From: a virus
Lineage: Duplodnaviria; Heunggongvirae; Uroviricota; Caudoviricetes
DNA: 24,080 nucleotides
Direction: 5' to 3' (one strand)
IMG/VR virus record: IMGVR_UViG_3300028025_004880
Shown here: piece by piece, positions 1 through 7,803 of the stretch
Position numbering within the stretch: the stretch's first letter is position 1
Layout of the letters: each line of letters begins with the position of its first letter
The notes under the pieces: generated by a model
What the model was told of the DNA's origin: nothing
Seen by the model: the letters and a program-made list of their open reading frames with translations, nothing else
Database searches by the model: none
Translations under genes and position numbers: made by a program

Positions 1-66
1 GATTATGAAGGGATAAAACGACTTTATAATTGGAGAATGGGGTCGGGTCTGAAAAAGGCGCTCTAG
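1..66 (+). CDS. 3' end of an upstream gene (partial, DYEGIKRLYNWRMGSGLKKAL*)
   Basis: Frame 1 is open from the window edge to TAG at 64-66, followed by a hairpin and T-run. Confidence 0.4.
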   Translation, partial: DYEGIKRLYNWRMGSGLKKAL

Positions 67-82
67 ACCCCAATCTCTTTTT
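33..82 (+). terminator. Possible intrinsic terminator
   Basis: GAGAATGGGGTC (33-44) pairs 11/12 with GACCCCAATCTC (66-77), with an alternative GGGTCT/AGACCC stem. TTTTT follows. The loop is long. Confidence 0.4.
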
Positions 83-167
83 CTTCTTCCTATAAGTCGT
101 ATATCAAAGGACTACAACTGTAAAGGCACTCTGGCTGGATCTGGTCTATACTAAGGGTACCAGATAT

Positions 168-196
168 TTGACCCATGTTCAGAGTGCTTTTATAAT
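168..196 (+). promoter_or_regulatory. Sigma70-type early promoter
   Basis: TTGACC (168-173), 17 nt spacer, TATAAT (191-196). Confidence 0.65.
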
Positions 197-258
197 TGGA
201 GTTCCAGAAAAAAATCCTGCAAAATTTTTTGTATCGCTGGAAGTCGCAATAGATTTAA

Positions 259-287
259 TTGACATTTATTCACACTACAGGTATAAT
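259..287 (+). promoter_or_regulatory. Sigma70 consensus early promoter
   Basis: TTGACA (259-264), 17 nt spacer, TATAAT (282-287). ATG at 294. Confidence 0.85.
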
Positions 288-293
288 GAACGC

Positions 294-476
294 ATGGATA
301 TAATACTCACTCTATTTGCTTTGAGCAGTTCTTCTTGGGCACTTGAACCCTCACGTCCGATCACTGAGAATGCACTAGTGTATAAGTATAAGGTATATGA
401 GGAAACCGATCCCCATAAAGATATGTACTCACCTGATTGGATATATAAAAATGACCAAAAAGAAACTAAAAATTGA
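294..476 (+). CDS. Small hypothetical protein with hydrophobic N-terminus (60 aa), possibly leaderless
   Basis: ATG 6 nt after the -10 box; MDIILTLFALSSSSWALEPSR. In frame with track ORF 168..476, whose TTG start is the -35 box of another promoter. Confidence 0.5.
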   Translation: MDIILTLFALSSSSWALEPSRPITENALVYKYKVYEETDPHKDMYSPDWIYKNDQKETKN

Positions 477-681
477 ATTTGCCCCAGGATGCTTCGATAA
501 CTTCGATGGCACTCAGGAAGAATTAGACTCACTCATTGCTCAGCTTACACAGCAAGTGGAGAGTGGAGAACTCATGGAGAAGTCTACCCCTGTTGATTGG
601 GATAACCTTGACGATGAAACCCGAGCCAAGTTGGAAGCATGGGATGAGGGTAATGATGGCGATTCTAGGAGTCTACAATGA
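451..681 (+). CDS. Hypothetical acidic protein
   Basis: Track ORF 397..681, more likely started at ATG 451 (MTKKKLKIEFAPGCFD). Stop overlaps the next start (ATGA). Confidence 0.7.
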   Translation: MTKKKLKIEFAPGCFDNFDGTQEELDSLIAQLTQQVESGELMEKSTPVDWDNLDDETRAKLEAWDEGNDGDSRSLQ

Positions 682-932
682 GTTACGCACGATGGGGTGA
701 AAGTTCATGGTATGCCTTTGTAAGCGTACGTGGTGAATTAGAGATGTGGCGTTCCATTGATGAGGAAGGTCGTCTATGCTATTCTCTTGGATATTGTAGA
801 GAATTTTTATGCCAAGATGCCCCTAGACAGCAAATGGAAATATGCGAAGCCACAGGGTGTGGACCCGAAGAGGCGCAAGAAGCAATAGGTTTTATAAAAC
901 GATTCGTAAAGGAGCAAGGCTATGAAGTTTGA
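678..932 (+). CDS. Hypothetical protein
   Basis: 84-aa ORF coupled to its neighbours by overlapping stop/start codons. Confidence 0.65.
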   Translation: MSYARWGESSWYAFVSVRGELEMWRSIDEEGRLCYSLGYCREFLCQDAPRQQMEICEATGCGPEEAQEAIGFIKRFVKEQGYEV

Positions 933-1278
933 ACCATGGGGCTACCACCTAATGGCTAACCTGAAAGGGTGTAATGATAACGTGAAGGATGAGGAAGCAA
1001 TTCTTGCCTTCAATACCGATGTGGTGGCAGCTGCAGAAATGATTGCCCATGGTGAGCCAGTGGTCACTTACTTCGGTGAACTGGGTGAGAAGAATGGTTA
1101 TACACTGCAACAACTCATTACCACGTCCTCACTTACAGTGCACTTCTGTGATGATGGTAAGGTGTTCTTTGATCTATTCTCTTGTAAGAAATTCAATGAA
1201 GATGCCGTTCTTGGTTGTCTTCACTATTACTTCCATCCTAGCGATCTAGATTACGATGTCATTGAACGAGCAATTTAG
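922..1278 (+). CDS. speD: Pyruvoyl-dependent S-adenosylmethionine decarboxylase (SpeD/SpeH)-like proenzyme
   Basis: WGYHLMANLKGC N-terminus, GEKNGYT, putative self-cleavage site ITT|SSLTVHF, DLFSC with the catalytic Cys, 118 aa. Confidence 0.8.
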   Translation: MKFEPWGYHLMANLKGCNDNVKDEEAILAFNTDVVAAAEMIAHGEPVVTYFGELGEKNGYTLQQLITTSSLTVHFCDDGKVFFDLFSCKKFNEDAVLGCLHYYFHPSDLDYDVIERAI

Positions 1279-1717
1279 TCAGGATATAGTGGAATGGATC
1301 GATGCGTTAAGTGCGCCTAATGATGCGTTGGGTGGCATGTCAGTATGCCCCTTCGCAAAAAGAGCCAAGTTCAGCGTGGTCCATGTGAATGGCGAGGTGG
1401 CTGTTCCTGAGAATTTAAACTTTGAGTTGGTGATTTATGTGTTCCCTGATTCGTTGAGTCAGGAACATCTACATGTAATGGCAACGGATCTAAACGCAAC
1501 CCATCCTGAGATGGTGTTCCTTCCTGACCACAAGGATCGAGTTACTCATATTAATGGTGTTGTCACCAACAACGGCAAACATAACCTTCTCCTCTGTCAA
1601 CCTAAGTATAAGTTAAGAGATGCACGTGCTGCTCTCCGACGCACCAGTTATTATTCCCACTGGGATGAGCAATATTTAAAAGAGATACTTGGAGAAGACT
1701 ATGGCAATATGGACTGA
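1256..1717 (+). CDS. Hypothetical protein, DUF1415-like (W..L..P....G...CPFA motif)
   Basis: VEWIDALSAPNDALGGMSVCPFAK, later LPDH and YYSHW. The family resemblance is by eye only. Confidence 0.5.
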   Translation: MSLNEQFSQDIVEWIDALSAPNDALGGMSVCPFAKRAKFSVVHVNGEVAVPENLNFELVIYVFPDSLSQEHLHVMATDLNATHPEMVFLPDHKDRVTHINGVVTNNGKHNLLLCQPKYKLRDARAALRRTSYYSHWDEQYLKEILGEDYGNMD

Positions 1718-2777
1718 GTACGATCCGCTAACTGAAATCATTGTTGGCACCTGTCCCCCTGAAGATTATTATGACAATGTCATTACCGATGAGCGCAGTC
1801 TTCCGCTACTACACACAATTCTAAAAGAAACACGGGAAGATCTCGATGCCCTTTCGCTTCAACTAGAAGCCATGGGTGTAAAGGTTCATCGTCCCAGAAA
1901 CTTACCCTTCGAACGTAAGATACAGTTGGCAGGGTTTAACATAAACAATCCTGTTGCACCAATCGTACCACGTGATCAATACATGGTCTATGGTGAGAAG
2001 ATTGTTCAAACCTACACCAGCATGCCCGATCGTTATCTAGAGTCGTTGGCTTACTATGATATATTCCGTGAACTGTTTGAACAGGGATTTGATTGGTGCA
2101 GTATGCCACCGCCATTGCTTGAAAACTTTGCCGACAATAGCATGTGGTACAGTGATTCAGTGGGTCGCTATCATAACATACTTGCCGATCGTTTGCTATG
2201 GCACACCGCCACCATGTTCAAGTGTGGCGATGCTCTCATTACCAACACCAAAGGTCCAGGTAATAATCTCGGTCTAGAGTGGATGCGGAGACAGTTCCCC
2301 GATGCACGTATCCTAGAAAACAAAGGCACTGTTCAAGAAAACCTTGGACACATTGACCATGGTTGGTTCATGACAGATGACAATACCGTGTTCGCCGAGA
2401 AAGAATTTTGGGCACCCTACTATCTAAAGGGTAAGGAAATTATCTATCTACATGACGTGGTCGATACACCTGACTTTGCTCAATATGATAGTGCGTTGAC
2501 ACAGTCCACTGGTAAGTTTTCCTACGATTATCTAAATATATGGATGAGCGAGTGGAAGGGTTACATTCAAGAAGTTGCCTTTGACTTCAATGTGCTAGTG
2601 GTTGACAGTAAAAATATTTTCATTAGTAATGCGCAACCAAAGCTACAGGAGATGCTGGATAAACGTGGCATTACTTGTCATATAGCACCCATTCGTCATA
2701 ATCATTTTTGGGATGGTGGTATACACTGTCTCACACTAGATGTTAAACGAAACGGAAACCGTAGAAAGGTAGTATAA
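1701..2777 (+). CDS. Amidinotransferase (glycine/inosamine-phosphate amidinotransferase family, pentein fold)
   Basis: EYDPLTEIIVG, PRD, NNLGLEWMRR, GHID, NVLVVD, GGIHCLTLDVKR. SD GGAGA lies before ATG 1701. Confidence 0.88.
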   Translation: MAIWTEYDPLTEIIVGTCPPEDYYDNVITDERSLPLLHTILKETREDLDALSLQLEAMGVKVHRPRNLPFERKIQLAGFNINNPVAPIVPRDQYMVYGEKIVQTYTSMPDRYLESLAYYDIFRELFEQGFDWCSMPPPLLENFADNSMWYSDSVGRYHNILADRLLWHTATMFKCGDALITNTKGPGNNLGLEWMRRQFPDARILENKGTVQENLGHIDHGWFMTDDNTVFAEKEFWAPYYLKGKEIIYLHDVVDTPDFAQYDSALTQSTGKFSYDYLNIWMSEWKGYIQEVAFDFNVLVVDSKNIFISNAQPKLQEMLDKRGITCHIAPIRHNHFWDGGIHCLTLDVKRNGNRRKVV

Positions 2778-2778
2778 A

Positions 2779-3480
2779 ATGTGGATAGATTCTGATAGAT
2801 ATAAACATGAGAACGTGCTAGAGGAACTCACACGCAGATTGATGTTAGATCTTAAGAATCTGCGTGCCACTGGCTATGATCCAGAAAAGAGTGCGTGTCA
2901 AATTTTAAAGTTTGAGTATTCCGATGTGTATCCTGAGTTAAGTAATGCGACTGATGTTGAGTATCACAAACCTGAACAGTTTAGCGATAAGCCAAACCCA
3001 AGAGAAATATGGTATGCTGAAGCACTTTATCTTGATGGTGAACTACATGAACGATTCAAACCCAATTGGCCATTGACCTCTGAGTACGTTGATAAAATTC
3101 CTGGACTGCTTCAAATGATTGTTAACTTTATAAAACCAGGAGGAGTGCTTCCTTACCATGACGATCGTGGTGGATGGGAACGCATTGATACATGGACAGG
3201 TGATCTTCAGCGTGGCTTCACAGTTTCTATTGGTGTTGATATTCCCACCGATGACCCTGCAATTTGTGGCTTAGAATTCGAGGGTGAACGCAGAGGATGT
3301 CGTACTGGTGAGTGGGTAATATTTGAGGGTAGAAACTTTCATCACAACTGTTGGAATCATTCGAATGGTTGGCGCATTGCAGGTGTCGTAGATATAAAAG
3401 CATCGGAGTTTAATCTAGAAGGATACGAAGAAAAGTTAAATGCTGTTTGGAAAAAAGAGGCACTTCTCTATGTTCGTTGA
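2779..3480 (+). CDS. Aspartyl/asparaginyl beta-hydroxylase-family 2OG-Fe(II) oxygenase, paralog 1
   Basis: NFIKPGGVLPYHDD (HxD) and FEGRNFHHNCWNHSNGWR (distal His and 2OG-binding Arg). Confidence 0.8.
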   Translation: MWIDSDRYKHENVLEELTRRLMLDLKNLRATGYDPEKSACQILKFEYSDVYPELSNATDVEYHKPEQFSDKPNPREIWYAEALYLDGELHERFKPNWPLTSEYVDKIPGLLQMIVNFIKPGGVLPYHDDRGGWERIDTWTGDLQRGFTVSIGVDIPTDDPAICGLEFEGERRGCRTGEWVIFEGRNFHHNCWNHSNGWRIAGVVDIKASEFNLEGYEEKLNAVWKKEALLYVR

Positions 3481-4072
3481 TCCTAAAAATTATAAACACT
3501 ACGATATGTTAGTGAAGATGGCAGATGCACTTAAACTTGATTACGATGAGTTTATCGTTGACCATCCTGATCCGAGAAAACATGTCTGCGTATTTAAGTT
3601 TGAGTATCCAGAATTAGAATCTCAGAAACTAGACTATGAAGATGACTGGTGGGCAGTTCCTATTTTCGTTGATGGACAAATTGACAACACAATGTATCCG
3701 AATCATTGGTTAAGAACAAAGGCGATTACTCAAACATTACCTGGACTCTATCAACAAATCATTAACTTCATTCGTCCCAATGGTGGTAAGCTACCATGGC
3801 ACAATGACTTCGGTTCGTGGGAAAGAATTGGTCAACACTTCCCAAACCCAAAGGGATATACTGCTGCCATTGGCATTGATATGCTTGAGCCCATCGATAC
3901 TGAGAAGCAAGGTATACAATTTGGTGATGACATTCGTTCCTATGTCAACAAAGAAATTACTGCCTTCGATGGTAGAAATTATGCACACTACGTATGGAAC
4001 TTATGCGACGCATGGCGAGTGAGCAGTGTTATAGACCTGTCCGAGAAGGAGTGGAATAATGTGGTTGGGTGA
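3470..4072 (+). CDS. Asp/Asn beta-hydroxylase-family 2OG-Fe(II) oxygenase, paralog 2
   Basis: NFIRPNGGKLPWHND and FDGRNYAHYVWNLCDAWR. GAGG SD lies before ATG 3470, and the N-terminus (MFVDPKNYKHYD) matches the paralogs. Confidence 0.8.
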   Translation: MFVDPKNYKHYDMLVKMADALKLDYDEFIVDHPDPRKHVCVFKFEYPELESQKLDYEDDWWAVPIFVDGQIDNTMYPNHWLRTKAITQTLPGLYQQIINFIRPNGGKLPWHNDFGSWERIGQHFPNPKGYTAAIGIDMLEPIDTEKQGIQFGDDIRSYVNKEITAFDGRNYAHYVWNLCDAWRVSSVIDLSEKEWNNVVG

Positions 4073-4628
4073 TCCCCTACAATATAAGCACTACGATCAA
4101 CTACAAAAGTTGATGCAGTGTATGCTAGAAGATTATGCTGAGTGGAAACTAAAGTATGACATCGACAGTAAGTGTGTCGATGCTGCTACACGTTATGAGA
4201 TGCCACCAGAAAATGCCAATGGCTTTATGGCACTGCCAATAATTGACGCAAGAAAAGTTCAACAGCCATGGGCTGATGGATGGGAAAGAACAGTTGCGCA
4301 AGCATACGAATGCCCAGGAATGATTGATATGTGTATAAATTTTATTCGTCCTGGAAAAATGTTACCAGTGCATCATGATGGTCATGTTTGGTCATGGATA
4401 CGTGGGAGCATGGGAAAACACGTAGAAGGGTTTACTACTTCTTTTGGTATACACATCCCCGATCCAACAAATCAATGTTTAGTGTTTGATGGCGAATCCA
4501 AAGTTTGGAACACTGGTGAGTTTCGAACATTTAATGGTGAGTTCACACAGCACTACATGAAGAATCTTGGAAGTGACTGGCGTATCACTGGTGTCATGGA
4601 AATCGAGAAAGAGCACTACGTTCTATAA
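4059..4628 (+). CDS. Asp/Asn beta-hydroxylase-family 2OG-Fe(II) oxygenase, paralog 3
   Basis: NFIRPGKMLPVHHD and FNGEFTQHYMKNLGSDWR. Confidence 0.8.
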   Translation: MWLGDPLQYKHYDQLQKLMQCMLEDYAEWKLKYDIDSKCVDAATRYEMPPENANGFMALPIIDARKVQQPWADGWERTVAQAYECPGMIDMCINFIRPGKMLPVHHDGHVWSWIRGSMGKHVEGFTTSFGIHIPDPTNQCLVFDGESKVWNTGEFRTFNGEFTQHYMKNLGSDWRITGVMEIEKEHYVL

Positions 4629-4647
4629 CCCTACACTTTGTAGGGGT
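4627..4647. repeat. Operator-like palindrome AACCCTAC-N5-GTAGGG(G)T, copy 1
   Basis: AACCCTAC actt t GTAGGGGT, ending 11 nt upstream of the -35 box at 4659. Confidence 0.65.
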
Positions 4648-4658
4648 TTAAATAATCC

Positions 4659-4687
4659 TTTACTTTAATTATGATTGAGAGTATAAT
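4659..4687 (+). promoter_or_regulatory. Sigma70-type early promoter (TTTACT class)
   Basis: TTTACT, 17 nt spacer, TATAAT (4682-4687). ATG at 4694. Confidence 0.8.
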
Positions 4688-4693
4688 AGTCTT

Positions 4694-4984
4694 ATGATAG
4701 ATAAAATGTTTGCACCTACTTTTGAATGGATTCGTAATGATTGGAAATCTAACAAACCTCGTTTCATCGTTGAACTTCTTGCTTGGGCTATTAGTATTGG
4801 GTGCAGTATCACTATGGCTGTTACTGTTCCCTCTCCGCCACTACTTGCTTTATATCCTGTCTGGATTACTGGTTGCGCTATGTATGCTTGGGCTAGTTAT
4901 ACTCGGAAATCGTTTGGCATGTTGGCTAACTACATCTTGCTAACTGCTATCGATACGTTTGGTTTGATCCGTATGATTATGTAA
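4694..4984 (+). CDS. Small integral membrane protein (about 3 TM)
   Basis: Three hydrophobic segments: FIVELLAWAISIGCSITMAVTV, LLALYPVWITGCAMYAWASY, FGMLANYILLTAIDTFGLIRMIM. Confidence 0.75.
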   Translation: MIDKMFAPTFEWIRNDWKSNKPRFIVELLAWAISIGCSITMAVTVPSPPLLALYPVWITGCAMYAWASYTRKSFGMLANYILLTAIDTFGLIRMIM

Positions 4985-4993
4985 GGAAGTAAT

Positions 4994-5461
4994 ATGAGTG
5001 TTGTTCGTTTCATTGAAAATGTGAGTAAGTCCGATGTGGCATCTGGTATGCATATGGACGCAGGAACAAACTCTATGCTCATTCGCATTCAAGATCCCGC
5101 AACCTTTTTTGGTTGCGTCAAATATCCCTTCAAAGAAGTTTATCAATTTGAATTTTTAGATGCTGAAGACAACGATCCCTATGAGGATGAATGTAAAATT
5201 TCCGATGAGCAAGCTGATCAGCTTGTGAAACTTCTGCGTCGCGCACTTGATAAGCACATGAATGTAGTTGTTCAATGTCATGCTGGTATTTGTCGCAGTG
5301 GTGCCGTTGTCGAAGTTGCTGAGATGATGGGCTTTACTCCCACCGATCGCTATCGTCAACCCAACCTACGTGTTAAACATAAGATGATGAAAGTTTTAGA
5401 ATGGACATATGACTTAGATTCATGTCGTCCTTCCCACCCCGAGTATGGAGATTTAAAATGA
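4994..5461 (+). CDS. Protein tyrosine/dual-specificity phosphatase-fold protein
   Basis: CX5R P-loop VVVQCHAGICRSGA. Confidence 0.8.
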   Translation: MSVVRFIENVSKSDVASGMHMDAGTNSMLIRIQDPATFFGCVKYPFKEVYQFEFLDAEDNDPYEDECKISDEQADQLVKLLRRALDKHMNVVVQCHAGICRSGAVVEVAEMMGFTPTDRYRQPNLRVKHKMMKVLEWTYDLDSCRPSHPEYGDLK

Positions 5462-6330
5462 AAGTAGCACTTTGTTCTGATGTGCATTTAGAGTTTGGTC
5501 AATTGGTATTGGAGAATACAGAAAATGCGCACGTCCTTATTTTGTCTGGTGATATTTGTGTGGCTCGCGACCTCATGCTTCCCGACCCCCATAATATTGT
5601 GGACTTTGGAAAGTCTAAGCGGTATCATGAGTTTTTCAGCAACTGTGCTAGTAACTTTCCTCACGTGGTTTATATTGTTGGTAACCACGAGCACTATCAT
5701 GGTGATTTTGCTGATACGATTCCTCACCTCAGGAAATGTCTTGGACACCTTACGAACCTTCACATCCTCGATAAAGAAACAGTTAAGATTGACGACATAA
5801 CATTTATCGGTGGTACATTGTGGACTGACATGAATAAGGAAGATCCATTGACACTTCATGGAATTCGTAGAATGATGAACGACTTCCGTTGTGTTGAAAA
5901 CAGTAATCGTGTTGTTAACTTTAAATCGTACGATGATCCTGAGAATCCAGATCACCCAACATTCAGAACTCGAGCAGCAGTATTCTGTCCAGAAGATGCT
6001 GTTGAAGATCACAAGAAAATGTTAGACTACATTAAAACTGTTGTTGAGGGTAAACATGATGATAAGTTTGTTGTGGTTGGACACCACACTCCGAGTCACA
6101 AGAGTTGTCATCCAAAATATAGCGATGATCAAATAATGAATGGTGGATATCATAGCGATCTAAGTGAGTTTATTATGGATCGCCCACAGATTAAACTATG
6201 GACACATGGTCATACGCATGAGTTGTTTGATTATATGATTGGCGATACACGTGTTGTTTGTAATCCAAGAGGATATATAAACTACGAAAAACTTGCAGAC
6301 ACTTTCCTTTTAAAGTACATCGAGGTATAA
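5458..6330 (+). CDS. Calcineurin-like metallophosphoesterase
   Basis: SDVHLE, LSGDI, GNHEHY, GHHTPS, HGHTH, NPRGY. SD GGAG lies before ATG 5458. Confidence 0.88.
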   Translation: MKVALCSDVHLEFGQLVLENTENAHVLILSGDICVARDLMLPDPHNIVDFGKSKRYHEFFSNCASNFPHVVYIVGNHEHYHGDFADTIPHLRKCLGHLTNLHILDKETVKIDDITFIGGTLWTDMNKEDPLTLHGIRRMMNDFRCVENSNRVVNFKSYDDPENPDHPTFRTRAAVFCPEDAVEDHKKMLDYIKTVVEGKHDDKFVVVGHHTPSHKSCHPKYSDDQIMNGGYHSDLSEFIMDRPQIKLWTHGHTHELFDYMIGDTRVVCNPRGYINYEKLADTFLLKYIEV

Positions 6331-6331
6331 T
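6303..6331 (+). promoter_or_regulatory. Probable sigma70 promoter embedded in the gene end
   Basis: TTTCCT (6303-6308), 17 nt spacer, TATAAT (6326-6331). ATG at 6338. Confidence 0.5.
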
Positions 6332-6337
6332 ATATCT

Positions 6338-6673
6338 ATGAGTGAATATATTCCAGACAAATGGGTAGTCGTCAAGATTACCGCAAAACATACCTCACCA
6401 ATCCATAAAGTTTTCGCTTGCTGGTATGGTGGGTGGGCTGGTTCAGATTCATGGAAACTGAACAGTGGCATCACGAGAGCGTATGAAGAAGGGCAGTGCT
6501 TTATGTTTGATGGGAGCAGTGGTTCAACCTATGCTTGCCATAAAGCATCTTATGGCACGAACATGTATGGTGATGGAGTTCTCTCTAATATGATTACTAA
6601 TGCTGCATCAGCTGGTATAATTATTGAGATTCTTCCTGAAGAAACAAATTGGTTGGAGATAAATTATGAGTAA
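6338..6673 (+). CDS. Conserved phage hypothetical protein
   Basis: YIPDKWVVVKI...HKVFACWYGGWAGSDSWKLNSGI, a pattern I recognise from myovirus hypotheticals. Confidence 0.7.
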   Translation: MSEYIPDKWVVVKITAKHTSPIHKVFACWYGGWAGSDSWKLNSGITRAYEEGQCFMFDGSSGSTYACHKASYGTNMYGDGVLSNMITNAASAGIIIEILPEETNWLEINYE

Positions 6674-7145
6674 AAATAGTTGGTTACTTGAAGTCGAGCA
6701 AGCTGAAGATGGTGAATACTTTATTCAACTCACTGATGAGATGCTAGAAAAATCTGGCTTCGCCATCGGTGATGAACTTGATTGGTTAGATAACAAAGAT
6801 GGAAGTTTTACACTTATGAAAAAAGAAAAACCTAAGACTGTGTTGGTTATGGTAGATGCGCTACAAACATATCGTATGCGTTATCTTGTTGAAGTCCCAG
6901 CTTCTAATCCTGAGTGGGCATTAGACACTGTTACAATGAATGAAGCGAAAGAGTTTTCGCAAGAACCATTACCCGAACTAATTTGCAGTCATCGTGTAGT
7001 GACTAGAGAAGAAGCGTTGGCTATGTGTGATGTAGATAATCACTACGCTAAGAGTTGGACAGACGAAAAAAAGATGGAGGTGTTTTGCACTCCCGATGGT
7101 TATAAAGCGCAGGAAGATCCTCACCACCACTTATATGGAAAATAA
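6666..7145 (+). CDS. Protein with an N-terminal AbrB/MazE-like swapped-hairpin domain
   Basis: DGEYFIQLTDEMLEKSGFAIGDELDWLDNKDGSFTLMK fits the AbrB pattern (lP..l...lg...GD.l.....dg.i.l.k). Confidence 0.55.
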   Translation: MSKNSWLLEVEQAEDGEYFIQLTDEMLEKSGFAIGDELDWLDNKDGSFTLMKKEKPKTVLVMVDALQTYRMRYLVEVPASNPEWALDTVTMNEAKEFSQEPLPELICSHRVVTREEALAMCDVDNHYAKSWTDEKKMEVFCTPDGYKAQEDPHHHLYGK

Positions 7146-7148
7146 CAT

Positions 7149-7802
7149 ATGAAAATTTATACAAGCAATTATCGCTATCACTGGATTTCTCCATACACAA
7201 TTATGGAGAAAGTTCTCTTTTGGAAAAAATGGACTGATCCAGAATTTGACTTATACGATGACAAGAACGACAAGTATACTGACTGGTTAGTTAAACCTAT
7301 GCAGGTAGTGATGAAAGTTCTTGACTTTATTCACCCAAAAATCACTTATGTGAAAATTGATAGATGGGATACATGGAATATGGACAGCACATTGGCATTG
7401 ATTATTTTGCCTATGCTTAAACAACTACATGCTGAGAAACATGGTGCGCCATGCGTAGATGATGAAGATGTTCCTGAAGAATTAAAATCTACATCAGCAC
7501 CCGCAAAAGAAAATGATTGGGATACTGACGACAATCACTTTAAGCGTTGGGACTGGGTGATGGAAGAATTAATCTGGACGTTTGAGCAACTACATCCCGA
7601 CAATGATTGGATGGAACAATACTGTTCTGGTGAACATGATACCGTATGGGAAAAGACTGAAGATAATCCAGAACTGTATGAAATGAAAGATGGACCGAAG
7701 CACACTTTCAAAATGGATCATGATGCGATTAAACTGCATGATGAACGTATTGCTAGAGGACTTAAACTATTCGGTAAATATTACAGAGGACTATGGGATT
7801 AA
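7149..7802 (+). CDS. Conserved phage hypothetical protein
   Basis: 217-aa ORF with IDRWDTWNMDSTLALIILPMLKQL..KHGAP and GLKLFGKYYRGLWD. Confidence 0.7.
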   Translation: MKIYTSNYRYHWISPYTIMEKVLFWKKWTDPEFDLYDDKNDKYTDWLVKPMQVVMKVLDFIHPKITYVKIDRWDTWNMDSTLALIILPMLKQLHAEKHGAPCVDDEDVPEELKSTSAPAKENDWDTDDNHFKRWDWVMEELIWTFEQLHPDNDWMEQYCSGEHDTVWEKTEDNPELYEMKDGPKHTFKMDHDAIKLHDERIARGLKLFGKYYRGLWD

Positions 7803-7803
7803 T

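Noticed and set aside
25-39. A sixth TATAAT-N6-ATG
   Set aside because: There is no -35 box at 16-18 nt. The ATG is an internal Met of the upstream partial gene and gives only 9 codons.
168-293. Track ORF start at TTG 168 (102 aa)
   Set aside because: The TTG is the -35 box of a promoter and the extension spans two promoters. ATG 294 is preferred.
922-4628. Calling the cluster a DNA hypermodification locus outright
   Set aside because: No dUMP hydroxymethylase, 5-HMU kinase, aGPT or other DNA-acting transferase is in the window, so the target cannot be assigned.
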